Shown here: positions 24,198-36,195 of the stretch, piece by piece
Layout: each line of letters opens with the position of its first letter
Position numbering within the stretch: the first letter of the stretch is position 1
Source: Zootoca vivipara
Lineage: Eukaryota
Direction: 5' to 3'
DNA length: 64,000 nt
Assembly: GCF_963506605.1 (NCBI RefSeq)
Contig: NC_083280.1
Location: 16,926,001-16,990,000 of the forward strand
Made by a program: the position numbers and the translations under genes
Notes under the pieces: model-generated
The model's input: only the letters and a program-made list of their open reading frames with translations
Databases searched by the model: none
Told to the model about the DNA's origin: nothing

Positions 24198-26409
24198 AGT
24201 AAACACATTTAGGATTACACCTTAAAAAAAAAAACCAGAAACTTCCATAACAAAATCCTAGACAATCTTTTATTTTCACCTAGGCGTGACTGACATCGGT
24301 TTCCTATTATTATTTTGGCTCAAATCCAGTTTGGAAGCATAAATTGTCAAGCTTAAGAAAATGCCAACATCTGCTCCTCTCAACACTTGAATTCTTCTCA
24401 TAATCTCATGGACTGTTCTGAAAAACACAACGCTGGAAACTTGACATGTCTGCATTTCTCTGTCATAGGATTACTTCACCTTTAGCCTACAAGTAGCATC
24501 ACAGAACACAATGCTGAGAAGCGCTCTGTGATTCACTATGGGAAGAAAGGGAAAAATGTGAAGACTAGCACACTAAGGAGATTTTTCTTCTTCTTAAGAG
24601 GGCATAATATTCGGATAACGTTCTTGCTTCTTACCCTTTGTCAAATGGGGGAAATTGATGAATGATGACACACTATGCTGCTGTCTCACTTGCTCTGAAC
24701 AGAGGCAGTAGTTTCAAAGGTAACACAGATTTTCTGCACAGTAGTTCTTCATTATCACCACTGGTTGACAGGGTCAATCATCTGATGCAACTAGTATGGA
24801 AGATTGCTGATTCTCTTTCCCCTGGGCTTAATTTTAAACACCAACTTTTGGTTTTGCAATTTCACATGAAATGTGAAACTTCCAAAGTTCTAATCAAAGA
24901 TGGGTCTCGTATTTTCAAGTGGCATGCATTAGCAACCATCTAGAGAGAAGCAGATTATAGAATTGGAAGCATAATATAAAGGAGACTCACTGATTAGTAG
25001 GAATAAATCTCTGCACACTTACCCAGAAGTATGTCCCAATGAAGGCCCTACTTCTGAGTAAACATTTCCAGAATTAGGCTGCAGATCCAAGTTTCTCAGC
25101 ACACAACCAGATCTCTACACAGAAGTAAACCCCCCTGTGTTGAATGGGGCATACTCTTAAGAAAGTGTACAGAGAATTACAACCTTAAATGTACTGGAGA
25201 CCCAAATGTAGATGGCTTGTTAAAGCTGCATAATTCTCCCCCTCTCGATCACTACATCACCTCCTTTTCTATTGTTGGTAAGATTGTTTAATACTGTATA
25301 CAGTTTGAGAACTCACTTTCATTTTCTTCTTTTAACAGCAGCTGGAGCTACTAAACAATGATACATTGAAGTAAATCGCAAAACTGTCACCGATTTCAGT
25401 TTGCATCAATAGACATGAAAATTTACAATGCCTACAGGCTGTGGATACTTTTACTGGACTGATATTAAATATACCTAAAGATTCAATATAAAACGTCCAA
25501 CATGTTTCAAAACAGTTCATTAAGAGAAACCCTGATGCTATGCAGCAGAAAGCACCTTAGGAGCAGATAGGTGTGAAATTAACACAGATAGCATCTAGAG
25601 CAAATATCAAGAGCACCTAATCTAAGGTGATACATATTAAGAGGCAGCATTCATAGCGTCTGTCACACACACAGAGACGCACCCACAAACACTAAAATGC
25701 TACTTCTCAGTGTTACATTTTAAAGTTCTGCACATCTCTTACAGTACATGGCAGCATTGTCTGAATGACTCCCAGCAAAGAGCACATGTGAATCGCCGCT
25801 TGCGGAGAATGGCAATGGGTGAAAACGAGACTCCCTTCGAGTAGAAGGAGCATTTTCTCTAAGGACTCAAGAGAAATCGGGCATTGGCCAAAATCCCGAT
25901 GAGGAAAAGAAAGAGAAAGAAAAGACCGCAGGGCTTAGTTTGGCTTTTGTTTCTGAAGGAAACGCGTCTAGTTTGCATAATATGCGGGCACAAGAATATA
26001 CACACCCTCTTAGGCACCAGAGGGAAGAAAACAGCCGCGGCTCTTTATCAGTGCCTCGGAGGGATTCGCAAAGCAGCGTCTATGAAACCGAGGCGGCATT
26101 TCCTAAGAGATCGAAAGTGGCTTAAGTTGTTTTGCTGAAACATCTGGCATCCGCGATAAAAGAAAAAGGAGCAGCGTGCCGTTCTTTTGAGCAGCAAGGG
26201 AACATTTTTTTTTAAAAAAAATATTTTTGAGAACACCACCAAACACAACCCCTTGTGCTGTTGCCGTTCTTTCAAAAGCGCTGAAAATAACTATTCTATT
26301 TAAGAAAGAGAGATAGCCCAGCTCTGCTTCTTCCACGCCGCAAAAGCGGCGGGCGAAGCGGCGCTGGCTGCAGCACCCGGTTGTTGCTGCTGTTGGCGCG
26401 CTCGCCTAC

Positions 26410-26580
26410 CTGAGAGCCGGTCTGGCAATGCGGGCGACGCAGCTGTTGCAGGTGTGGCTGCACCCCTGGCTCACTCCGCAGCAGCAGCTCCTTTCACCGG
26501 AGCAGAGAACGCAGCAGCGAACGCGAGCACCGCCTCCGGGGTTGTTTCTCTCGCGTCTCTCAGCGCCTGGAATAGTTTCC
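26410..26580 (-). other. SERPINI1: Probable non-coding first exon of SERPINI1 (neuroserpin); 1..26409 would be part of its long intron 1
   Basis: Minus-strand donor CAG|GTAGGC at 26410/26409 on the left edge of the CpG island; synteny with PDCD10. No serpin coding exon was found in the window, so the identity is inferred from synteny. The TSS position is approximate. Confidence 0.6.
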
Positions 26581-26799
26581 CCCTTTTCCCCGCCCCGCTC
26601 TTTCCATACATGGTCAACGCCGCGCCTCCTTCCCCTGTCCCGCTCCCTGATTGGCTGGCTCTCCCACCCTCCTCCTGGCCCCTTTCATGCCTCCCTTTCT
26701 TTCCCCTTCCCGCCCCCTCCGTCGCCTGGCTTCGTCCTTCCCGCAATGCTTCTCGGGAGCTGTAGTCTTTCCGAGAAGCGGACTACAGGTCCCATGGGC

Positions 26800-27100
26800 C
26801 CGCGCGGTCGCCGGCTAGTTCCGGACAACGCCTGGTTGTGTGGTAACGGCGGCGGCGGCGGCTGGCGAGAGGAGGAGGAGGAGGGTGCTTCCTTTCCGGC
26901 TGGTACTTCCGGGAGCAGCGACGGTGGAGCCCGCTCGGGAGCCCTAAAAGGCTTCGAGGGGCGGGTGGGGCAGGGAGGGGAGGTAAGGAGGCTTAACTGC
27001 TGCGGCTCCGGCGGCCTTTACCGCTGTTGTTGTCGTCGTTTACCACAGCCATTACTATTACCCTTATCATTAGCGCCGGCAATGTCCGCAGGGGTCACTG
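26800..27100 (+). other. PDCD10: Probable non-coding first exon(s) of PDCD10, with candidate donors at 26983 (GAG|gtaagg) and 27101 (CTG|gtaggt)
   Basis: Plus-strand donor consensus sites inside the CpG island; the nearest coding exon has an acceptor at 40556, so an upstream exon is required. The start is approximate. Confidence 0.6.
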
Positions 27101-27864
27101 GTAGGTTTGCGCGGGGCCTAGCCGCACCGCAGAGGTTACGCCGCCCCGGAGGCGTAAGAGGCCTTGGAGAATCCCGTGGTCGGGATAGAACCGGCGAGGG
27201 GCCTAGTTGCCTCCGTCAGGCGCAGCTCGGAGGAACCCCAAGCAGGAGAGATCCTCCCTCCCCCCGCCAGCCTTCTCCCCTGTGGGGCAGGGCCTCTCGC
27301 CGACCCCGCCCCGAGATCTCCCAAGCGGAAGAGATTTGCCGGGAGAGGCTAGGCCGGTGTGTCTCCCAGGGAGGCGAGGGACGGGGCGGGGGGAGCAGGT
27401 GCAAGCTCTACGAAGCGGGGAGGTATGGCGTGTCCCGTTGGGGAGGATCTGGGGCTAGGGTGGCTTTGGTGCTGGGGGGCCAAGTACACATCAAGGGTAA
27501 GCGGGGAAGGTCAGAGGGAGAGAGAGAAGTGGGGTGGGGGAGAACTGGGAAGAGGAAGCAGTCTCGATGTGGGAGAGACCTTGAGCCTCTTGAAGCAAGG
27601 AAGGGTGTGTGTTTGCAGATATATATAACAAATATATTTCCCCCCCCCTTGACGGTATTTTGTCTAAATTATGCCAGTTATTTTGCTGAATAATAATATA
27701 ATATTGCAGGGGGTTGGGGACAGTAATGTTTTCCTCCCTCTGCCCAAAGAGGAACACAGCAGCATAGGCCAGAGAAGCCTGGTCTGTGTAAATAACAGAA
27801 GAAAAGAGACTGTCTCCTTTCAGGTTGCAGGTGGTAATGTGGTGGGCCATGTTCATTTTTATTA

Positions 27865-28169
27865 CAGTGGTACCTCGGTTTAAGTACACAATTGGTTCTA
27901 GAAGTCTGTACTTAACCTGAAGCGAACTTTCCCATTGAAAGTAATGTAAAGTGTGTTAATCCGTTCCAGACGGGTCCACGGAGTACTCAAACTGTAGCGC
28001 ACTTAACCCGAAGTATGAGTGTAATTGGTTCTGGAAGTCCGTACTTAACCTGAAGTGAACTTTCCCATTGAAAGTAATGGAAAGTGGATTAATCTGTTCC
28101 AGACGGGTCCGCGGAGTACTTAAACTGAAAGTACTCAAACCGAAGCGTACTTAAACCGAGGTATGACTG
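27865..28169. mobile_element. Tigger/pogo-type MITE with an internal ~133 bp tandem duplication
   Basis: TA|cagtggtacctcggtttaagtac...gtacttaaaccgaggtatgactg|TA; the block starting aattggttct occurs at 27890 and again at 28023. Confidence 0.85.
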
Positions 28170-28459
28170 TATTACTATTATTAATGCTTTCTGGCATGGG
28201 GAGGAAAGCTGGCATATTGTGGAAAAGAGTGTTATATTGTTATACAGCCCGTAGCAGGAAGTACCGGTAGCCCGGGAATGTTTTTGCTGCTTTCATCTGT
28301 TTCAGTAGACCGGTACTTCACTGGAGGGGTGTTCCTGTTGTGTGTCCACACATGTCCATCTCTCAAGTGTGGAGAGTTGATGTGCTTGTTAGAGATTTAA
28401 GACTTTGAAATGGTTAAGTTTGCCTAATACTGCACATGTAGTTTGTATCCACTCATTCT

Positions 28460-28591
28460 CCTTCCTTGGAGGTTTTTAAGGAAAGGTTGGATGGCCATCT
28501 GTCATGTATGATCCAGTTGAGATTCCTAAATTGCAGGGGGTTAGACTAGATGACCCTTGGGGTCACTTCCAAATCTACGATTCTATGATTC
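28460..28591 (+). mobile_element. CR1 3' end
   Basis: tctccttccttggaggtttttaag...gcagggggttagactagatgacc...ttctatgattc. Confidence 0.75.
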
Positions 28592-29057
28592 ATTGTCACA
28601 AAGGAATTTATGAAATGAAAAAATGCATAAAAATAAAACTTAGAAAATCTTTCCAATTTGGGAAATTTCCACCACACATCAATGGGCATAGCTTAGTTAT
28701 TTTGTTTATTAGGTTATACTATGTTGTCATGTGGCTTGGAAGTACTGTGAGGGTTGGTAGAATAATAGCAAGAAGAGTGTGTACAGTAGCTAAAGAGTTT
28801 GCTTTGGAGTCATTGAACTGAGCATGCAGGTTGCTGTCATAGACAAATTGTTATTGATAGGTCCTCTGCCTTTTGAACCAAGGCTCCCATGTTTTCAGCT
28901 GGAGAAGGCAGGAGTGGCATAACATGTATACCATCTTGATGTGACCAGGCTGAGCAGCTTTGGAATCCAGAGACTTGCAGAATTTGAGAGACCGTTTTTC
29001 TAACATGGCCAGGGAATAGGGCTGTTTGGAGACAGATGCCAGGCAGTAAATACTGTA

Positions 29058-29299
29058 CAGTGGTACCTCTGGTTACAAACTTAATTTGTTCCGGTGGTCC
29101 GTTCTTAAGCTGAAACTGTTCTTATCCTGAGACGTGCTTTCGCTAACGGGGTCCCCCACTGTGCACGCGCCTCCGGCACGCGATTTCCGTTCGCATCCTG
29201 GAGTAAAGTTCACAACCAGGAGCAGCTACTTCCGGGTTAGCGGAGCTCGTTACCTGAAGTGTTCATAACCAGAAGCGTTCATAACCAGAGGTACCGCTG
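29058..29299. mobile_element. Tigger/pogo-type MITE
   Basis: TA|cagtggtacctctggtta...taaccagaggtaccgctg|TA. Confidence 0.85.
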
Positions 29300-29774
29300 T
29301 ATACTGAAATTGTGAGGCAGGCAGTCTTGAAGTTTAGAGGTAGGTTTCTAAAAAAGAGGTGCTGATCTTTAGTGTATTGCTTCGTGGTAAAGAGAGATTG
29401 ATTTAATGACAGAAACCAGTTGTGTAGTAATGGTGCTCATTCCATTTGAAGTCTTCATTGGCTTAGCACTCATTCATGTGAAACTCTTGTGTTTATACAC
29501 TTGATTGTTGCACTTCCTGGATCTTTTGAGTTGCTTGGATTCTTTTATGGGCTGTTTATCTCATAATGCATCTAAAAACAGAAAATGAAACTGATCCATG
29601 TCATATGGATTTGCATGTTCTTTCAGTTTTTATAAGTTAATGAAGACTACAGAAATAGCTAGGTACAGAGCTGTTTACCATCTGACTTATCTTCTTTTTG
29701 AGGTTGTTTAAAAAAACACAAAAACATTTAACGTACATTAGCAAAATGTTGCTTTCCCCATTAGAACATTACTA

Positions 29775-30009
29775 CCCTGTTTCTCATATTTTAAGACATA
29801 CCCATAAAATAAGCCATAGCAGGATTTTTAAGCATTCAAGGAATATAAGCCATACCCCGAAAATAAGACATAGTGATAGGCGTAGCAGCAATGCCGGCCA
29901 CGGCAGAAGGAGGAGGAAAAAAATAAGACATCCCTTGAAAATAAGCCATAGTGTGTTTTTTTGAGGAAAAAATAAATATAAGACATGTCTTATAATATGA
30001 GAAACACGG
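29775..30009. mobile_element. Short (235 bp) MITE related to the 868..2748 element
   Basis: TA|ccctgtttctcatattttaagacat...atgtcttataatatgagaaacacgg|TA; repeated aaaataagacat/aaaataagccat motifs. Confidence 0.85.
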
Positions 30010-30678
30010 TAATCAGTGTTCAAAATTAGCCAGGCACCAGACACATTTTGCACCTGGCTATTGACCACTTTTGACCAAGCGAAGATGCCTGGGTCCCAGA
30101 ATGGTGCCTGACATGTCCTACATCTGGAAGCACATGCCTGGGGATCATTGGATCTGGAATATTTACACATACTACCAACACATCCTGTAGAATTCTATCA
30201 GTTAAATTGTATCTGCATAATCGGAATGAATTTCAGTGCAGCCTGAGCAGGAGCAGTCACCATTAGGAAAAAGAGGTTGGAATGGGGCAATATATATGGA
30301 CTGCTCCTGGATCAAGTGACTTTTCTTCTCTTAAACTCTCAACCTAGCACAAGGGTGTCATCTGAATTAGCCAGATATTTAACTGAGAATCAGTCATATT
30401 CAGGTCTTCATTTGAAAAAGAAGACTTTAGAGCTGTCTTGCTCAAAAATGGCAACCAGACATTCCATTTCGGTGACTGAAACCTGAGTTTAAGGAGCCAT
30501 TTGGCACCTAGCTTATGTATCTGAGTTTCTAACACTACTACTATTGCTAGTTGTCTTCAAGGTCACAGATGCATGGTAATCCCACACCATTCAGAATGTC
30601 CATGTAATTATACTTTTTGAGGTTTAGGTAGTCTTCCTGGTAGTATTCACTATTTTTTATAATTAAACTTTAAAGGTA

Positions 30679-30918
30679 CAGTGGTACCTCTGCTTACGAA
30701 TAACTCTACTTACGAAAGTTTCTACTTACGAATGGAGCTCCATCCGCCATCTTGGATGCGGTTTAGATAGGAATTTTTCTTACGAATTTTTAGATAGGGT
30801 TGCTTCTACTTACGAATTTTTTCTCCCAATGCATTCCTATGGGACTCGACTTACAATTTTTTTCAACTTACAAATGTGTGTTCGGAATGCATTAAATTTG
30901 TAAGTAGAGGTACCACTG
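30679..30918. mobile_element. Tigger/pogo-type MITE
   Basis: TA|cagtggtacctctgcttac...gtaagtagaggtaccactg|TA; internal ctacttacgaa repeats. Confidence 0.85.
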
Positions 30919-31209
30919 TACACAAAATAGGTGCAGATGTGGTGGAGGAGCAGAAGTAAGGAATTGTATTCTTTTTTTCTGATACAGTAGTTTCAAAAAG
31001 TGGCTTGCGATCCTTATGCTGCCACATTATACATGGGGTACTCTGCTCTGTTTTAAAAGCTACACTAGTTGGTGAAAGAATGGCATTTCCCCAGTGCCAG
31101 AATATTGCCTCTGCTCTGGAAAGTACAACGCCCAATAATAATGTTCATATAGTTGGGAAAATTTATATTGCAATCCTATGTACAAGAAACTGATGGAAAG
31201 TAAGCTGGT

Positions 31210-31308
31210 ATGAATCATAGAATCATAGAGTTGGAAGAGACCACAAGGGCCATCCAGTCCAACCCCCTGCCAAGCAGGAAACACCATCAAAGCATTCCTG
31301 ACAGATGG
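31210..31308 (-). mobile_element. CR1 3' end
   Basis: gaatcatagaatcatagagttggaagagaccacaagggccatccagtccaacccc, the reverse of ~39415..39502. Confidence 0.85.
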
Positions 31309-32451
31309 TATGAGTTAAGCCAGCAGAAAGTTACACCAAATCCAAATCCTGGTCATCAGTGGGGCTGATGCAGCTCTGTCTACGCTTGGTGGAGGGAGAG
31401 AACGATGCTTTAAATTAGAGTTCTGTGTTGGGTTGCCAGGTCATGTGACTGAGCTTATGGTCCAGCCTAAGTCCGTTCTCCCCTGTCCCAGTCCTGCTGT
31501 TGGAATGCCCCCTTTTGAGGACTTGGCTCAGATAGCTTCAGTTCAGTTAGGAAGAGCACATATTTGGCTGAGGGACATGGGTGGAGCTGGGATTGGGGGT
31601 TTAACACTGGCTGAAACAGATCCATTGCATCCTAAGCTGCCCATCTTGATGGATCTTACCATACGATTGTCCCCTGTGAACTTTTTTAAATAAAGAAAAT
31701 ACATTGAAGAAAGGTGCCTGGATTCATAGCAAATGAAGAAGAGCTCTGTGCTTGTGCACCAGGAAACTTGTCATTTGGAACTGCCCTTAATGAAAACCCT
31801 ATACCTATTTATTGTTTTTTTTAATTGAAATGTAATCTAATAATAGCAACTAATCTGTTAAATTTATATAGAATTTTTAAATAATGGGTAAGCAAATAAG
31901 TGATGTACTTGCAGAAGCAAAAATTGGTTAGAAAAGCTATTTTCCTTCAAAATGTATTGTTGCTCGTTTCTAAACCTTGGCAGCTTACTACCGGTAGTAT
32001 TTGGAGAGAGAAAAGTGTTAGTCTTTAAAATAAACATGCTTATTTCAGACCATTAGACACTTAAACAGTTGACTGTTTTTGTATCACTGCGGAAATGTTC
32101 TTAAACTTTGACAGACTTCAAGGGTAGGAAGTTGTAGAATTAAGTGACAGTAATGATAACGTTCTCCATGCAAACTTGTTGTTCTTGCCACAGACTATAG
32201 CGCATCATTAGCAGATAGTGTTCTGCAGCAGTTAGGCAGCCATTTTCCATGGTAAGTGAGTCTAGCACTGTAGAGGTCAACATGGGCATCCTGGATTGTG
32301 CCTAAAAATCAAATGTGGAGGGCCATTCTGTTAAATTCATGAAGTTTGGCCAGCACTACTCCAAAAAAGACTAAATAGTTTTGAATCAACGTAGAATAGG
32401 CCCTTGTTCTGTGTATAGATAAGCTCACAGAGGAATGGGTGAAGGTAACTT

Positions 32452-32808
32452 TGTTGTTTAGTCGTGTCCAACTCTTCGTGACCCCATGGACCAGAGCACT
32501 CCAGGCACTCCTGTCTTCCACTGCCTCCCACAGTTTGGTCAGACTCATGTTGGTAGCTTCGAGAACACTGTCCAACCATCTTGTCCTCTTTTGTCCCCTT
32601 CTCCTTGTGCCCTCGATCTTTCCCAGCATCAGGGAGGTGGCCAAAGTATTGGAGCCTCAGCTTCACGATCTGTCCTTCCAGTGAGCACTCGGGGCTGATT
32701 TCCTTCAGAAAGGATAGGTTTGATCTTCTTGCAGTCCATGGGACTCTCAAGAATCTCCTCCAGCACCATAATTCAAAAGCATCAATTCTTCGGCATCAAT
32801 TCTTCAGT
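32452..32808 (-). mobile_element. BovB 5'-truncated 3' end
   Basis: RVPWTARRSNLSFLKEISPECSLEGQIVKLRLQYFGHL and LMLGKIEGTRRRG in ORFs; 10-bp TSD aaggtaactt. Confidence 0.92.
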
Positions 32809-32870
32809 AAGGTAACTTACTGATGTCTAAGTGGTGCTGAAAACATTTCTGCCACCACCTCCTAAGCAAC

Positions 32871-33590
32871 TGTTGTTGTTGGCATCAGACTGTCTTGGGC
32901 AATGGACTGCTACTTCAGGGGTTAAACCAGACAGCTGGAGAATTGCAGTCCCTGTGTTGCCTCCGGCATTGTTTTTGCTGCATTAGCAGCACCCAAGTGA
33001 CCTCCCCAGGGCGCAAGCCTGGGCAATGTGGTTGAAGGTCCTGGGCTGCCCAGATTATTATTATTACTACTATTATTATTACTATTATTAATATCCCACG
33101 CTACATCCGGAAGGCGGTTCACAGGATAATATCAAAATATAAAAACACAGAATACATAATCAAAATAAAAACAAACACACACACACACACACACACATTT
33201 TTTAAAAGGGCATTTGATGACAAGCAACCAAATGCCTGGTTAAAAAGGAACATTTTCACCTGGCGCTTCACTGATGTGGTCCAAAGGAAAGCTGGGCAAA
33301 ACATTAGGCACCAATCTGGCTGCAGGAGTTGCCAGAAGGAGGAGTACAGGACTCCTCCCAACTGTTTTAGGGACTCTACTCCAGATTTGTGTAGGGTTTA
33401 CCCCTTAGCATTTTCTTCTCTCAAAGGTGTCCTGAAAGGCAGCTGAGTACAGATTTTTCCTCAGGGTTTATTCCTGAAGCCTTTCTCATGCATGAGTATA
33501 GCTGCAAGCCAGCAGAGGTTTAGGTTTAGGATCAGAGTTTTTCTTCTTCTAGATAAGCTACCTTCCCAGGTTGATGGGCCCCATTTCCCC
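32871..33590 (-). mobile_element. Probable degenerate RTE-clade non-autonomous element / 5'UTR relic, interrupted by an L2-type tail and (TTA)n at ~33055..33270
   Basis: The minus strand reads ...cctgggaaggtagcttatctagaagaagaaaaactctgatcctaaacc..., similar to the GGAGAAGGAAAACTC motif I recall from RTE 5'UTRs; (caa)n-type tail at 32871. Confidence 0.4.
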
Positions 33591-33623
33591 CTTAAGCAGC
33601 TGTAATTAGCTACTATTAGAAGT

Positions 33624-33970
33624 GGACCCAGGTGGCGCTGTGGGTTAAACCACTGAGCCTAGGGCTTGCTGATCAGAAGGTCGGCGGTTCGAATCCCCAC
33701 GATGGGGTGAGCTCCCGTTGCTTGGTCCCAGCTCCTGCCAACCTAGCAGTTCGAAAGCACGTCAAAGTGCAAGTAGATAAATAGGAACCGCTACAGCGGG
33801 AAGGTAAACGTGTTTCCATGTGCTGCTCTGGTTTGCCAGAAGCGGCTTTGTCATGCTGGCCACACGACCTGGAAGCTATACGCTGGCTCCCTCGGCCAAT
33901 AATGCGAGATGAGCGCGCAACCCCAGAGTCGGTCACAACTGGACCTAATGGTCAGGGGTCCCTTTACCTT
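33624..33970 (+). mobile_element. Sauria SINE
   Basis: Full-length, same structure as 14678; flanking direct repeat ttagaagtgg. Confidence 0.92.
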
Positions 33971-34759
33971 AGAAGTGGTAAACTGCCTTGTGATCTGATT
34001 TGGTTTGGCAGTACCGTACCTGCCCTGGGTTTGGTAAGTCATTAGTCATCATGATAAGATAAAATAATAGAGTTAAATAAATAAAAAGCTGTGGGACTGA
34101 AATTTCAAGCTAGTGCTTTCTTCTCCGGAGACTTTTAGAGAACAGGCTCTCTTCTGGAATGAAAATCTTCTCATAGACTTCATTAAGAGCAGGTAGTTCT
34201 TAATGGCAGTTTCCCCTGTGGCATATAAAGGTAAACTAGGTCAAAATAATTATGTAGAGAAATGCTGAATATTATGATACTCATGACTGCGTATGCACTG
34301 AAGAAGTTGCCATATATTTAACACTTGTACAAGTAAGAGTATAAACAGAGCATTGTATGCAAACGTAAAAGTTAGATTTTTTTTGGACAATTGTATGTGA
34401 GTTTCCATTTAGGATAATTGTTTGTTTACTTTAAGAGTCCTGTTTCTGTCCTCTCCAAGCACTGCTGTATCTCCCCAACAGGTAGAACAAAACAGCAGGG
34501 AAGTATTCCATTCTTCATCTAATTTAATTATATTACTCTTCAAAATTTGGGATCTGATAAAATCCTACACACCTAGATATTTGATGCTGGTACTTGAGAA
34601 TTTGAAAATTTAGCTCTGTTCAAGACTCGCAGTGGCTCATAATTTTGTCTGGTGCTCTCAGTATGAAATGGATTCAGCTCTGAATGCATACCTGAAATTT
34701 GAATATGGTGTAATAATAATAATAGTAATAATAAAAGTAATAATAATATTAATAATAAA

Positions 34760-36195
34760 TATTTTTACTATTTATACCCCTCCCATCTGGCTGGGTTTCC
34801 CCAGCCACTTTGGACGGCTTCCAACAAAATATTAAAATACAACAGGGCTGCCTTCAGATGTCTTCTAAAAGTCTGGTATATGTTTTTCTATTTGACATCT
34901 GGTGGCAGGGTGTTCCACAGGGCAGGTGCCACTACCGAGAAGGCCCTCTGCCTGGTTTCTGTAACTTGGCTTCTTGCAGCGAGGGAACTGCCAGAAGGCC
35001 CTTGGCACTGGATCTCAGTGTCCGGGCAGAACGATGGGGGTGGAGACGCTCCTTCAGGTATACTGGACTGAGGCCGTTTAGGGCTTTAAAAGTCAGCACC
35101 AACACTTTGAATTGTGCTCAGAAACATACTGGGAGCCAAGGTAGTTCTTTCAAGACCTTCGCTGGTTCTGATTTGAAAGAGAGGTAGAGCTGGGTATCAT
35201 CCGCATACTGATGAACACACAGCCCAACCCCCCTGATGATCTCTCCCAGCGGCTGTACAGTGGTGCCTCGCTTAACAAACGCCCCGTAAGACAAAATTTT
35301 CGCTTAAAGAAAGGATTTTTCTAGAGGAGGTTGCCTCGCTAGACAAATTCATTTTATGGAAAATTCGTCTAGCGAATCGCGGTTTCCCATAGGAATGCAT
35401 TGAAATTCAATTAATGCATTCCTATGGGCATTTTTTTTAAAAAAAATAAAAAATTGAATGCATTCCTATGGGATTCGCTAGACAAATTTTTCGTTATAAG
35501 AATAGACCCGTGGAACGAATTAAATTCGTCTAGTGAGGCACCACTGTATGTAGATGTTGAAAAGCATGTGGAAGAGGACAGAATCCTGAGGCACTCCACA
35601 AGTGAGAGCCCGGGGGTCTGAACACTCATCCCCCACCACCACTTTCTGAACACAGCCCAGGAGGAAGGAGCAGAACCACTGTATAACGGTGCCCACAGCT
35701 CCGAGCCCCTCTAGATGTTATGGTCGATTGTATCAAAGGCAGCTGAGAGATCCAGCAAAACTAGGAAACCGCTCTCACCTTTGTCTCTAGCCCGCCGGAG
35801 ATAATCAACCAGTGTGACCAAGGCAGTTTCAGTCCCATGGTGAGGCCTGAAACCTGACGGGAAGGGATCCAAATGGTCCGCTTCTTCCAGGCATGCCTGG
35901 AATTGTTCAGCATCTACTAGCTCAATCACCTTGCCCAAGATTGGAAGATTTGAGACTGGGCGATAGTTGGCCGTATTGGCTGGGTCTAAATATGTTTTTT
36001 TAAGAAGCGGTTTAATGACCGCCTCTTTCAGCGGGTCTGGGAAGGCTCCCTCACAGAGAGAAGCATTCACCACCCCAAGAAGCCCAATGCCCAGCCCTTC
36101 CCGGCTAGCTTTTGTAAGCTAGCCGGGCAAGGATCAAGGAGACATGTGGTTGGTTTCACTTGTCCAAGCAGCCTGTCCACATCCTCGGAGGTACC
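34760..36195 (-). mobile_element. L2 LINE fragment (RT domain + 3' end) with an internal deletion and a nested MITE
   Basis: [17 protein letters not shown]...[14 protein letters not shown]...[13 protein letters not shown]; HQYADDTQLY on - at ~35184..35213; the 3' part matches 8550..8845 in reverse. Confidence 0.92.
35258..35546. mobile_element. Tigger/pogo-type MITE nested in an L2
   Basis: TA|cagtggtgcctcgctta...tagtgaggcaccactg|TA; interrupts L2 RT-coding sequence. Confidence 0.85.

Larger units (their letters stand above)
26330..27440. promoter_or_regulatory. CpG island / bidirectional promoter shared by PDCD10 (+) and probably SERPINI1 (-)
   Basis: Sharp rise in GC and CpG content; GC boxes (26588, 26709); inverted CCAAT (gattgg ~26649); ETS-type ttccgg sites (~26819, 26894, 26907); two divergent ACTACAnnTCCC motifs (26754..26766 on -, 26782..26794 on +); splice donors pointing outward on both strands. 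PDCD10 and SERPINI1 are head-to-head in mammals. Confidence 0.88.

Noticed and set aside
1-26409. SERPINI1 coding exons
   Set aside because: No serpin-like translation (signal peptide, NILFSP-type motif) was found on the minus strand; they are presumably upstream of the window.
26748-26788. H-type RNA pseudoknot from the interleaved inverted repeats
   Set aside because: The 1-nt linker between A' and B' is too short to span a 9-bp stem, and the region probably lies between the two TSSs.
26428-27693. 421-aa ORF over the CpG island
   Set aside because: Low-complexity Gly/Arg/Pro product of stop-poor GC-rich promoter DNA; it crosses the promoter and splice donors and resembles no known protein.
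27865-28169. CRISPR-like or satellite repeat
   Set aside because: Only a two-unit duplication inside a TA-flanked MITE in eukaryotic DNA; no spacers.
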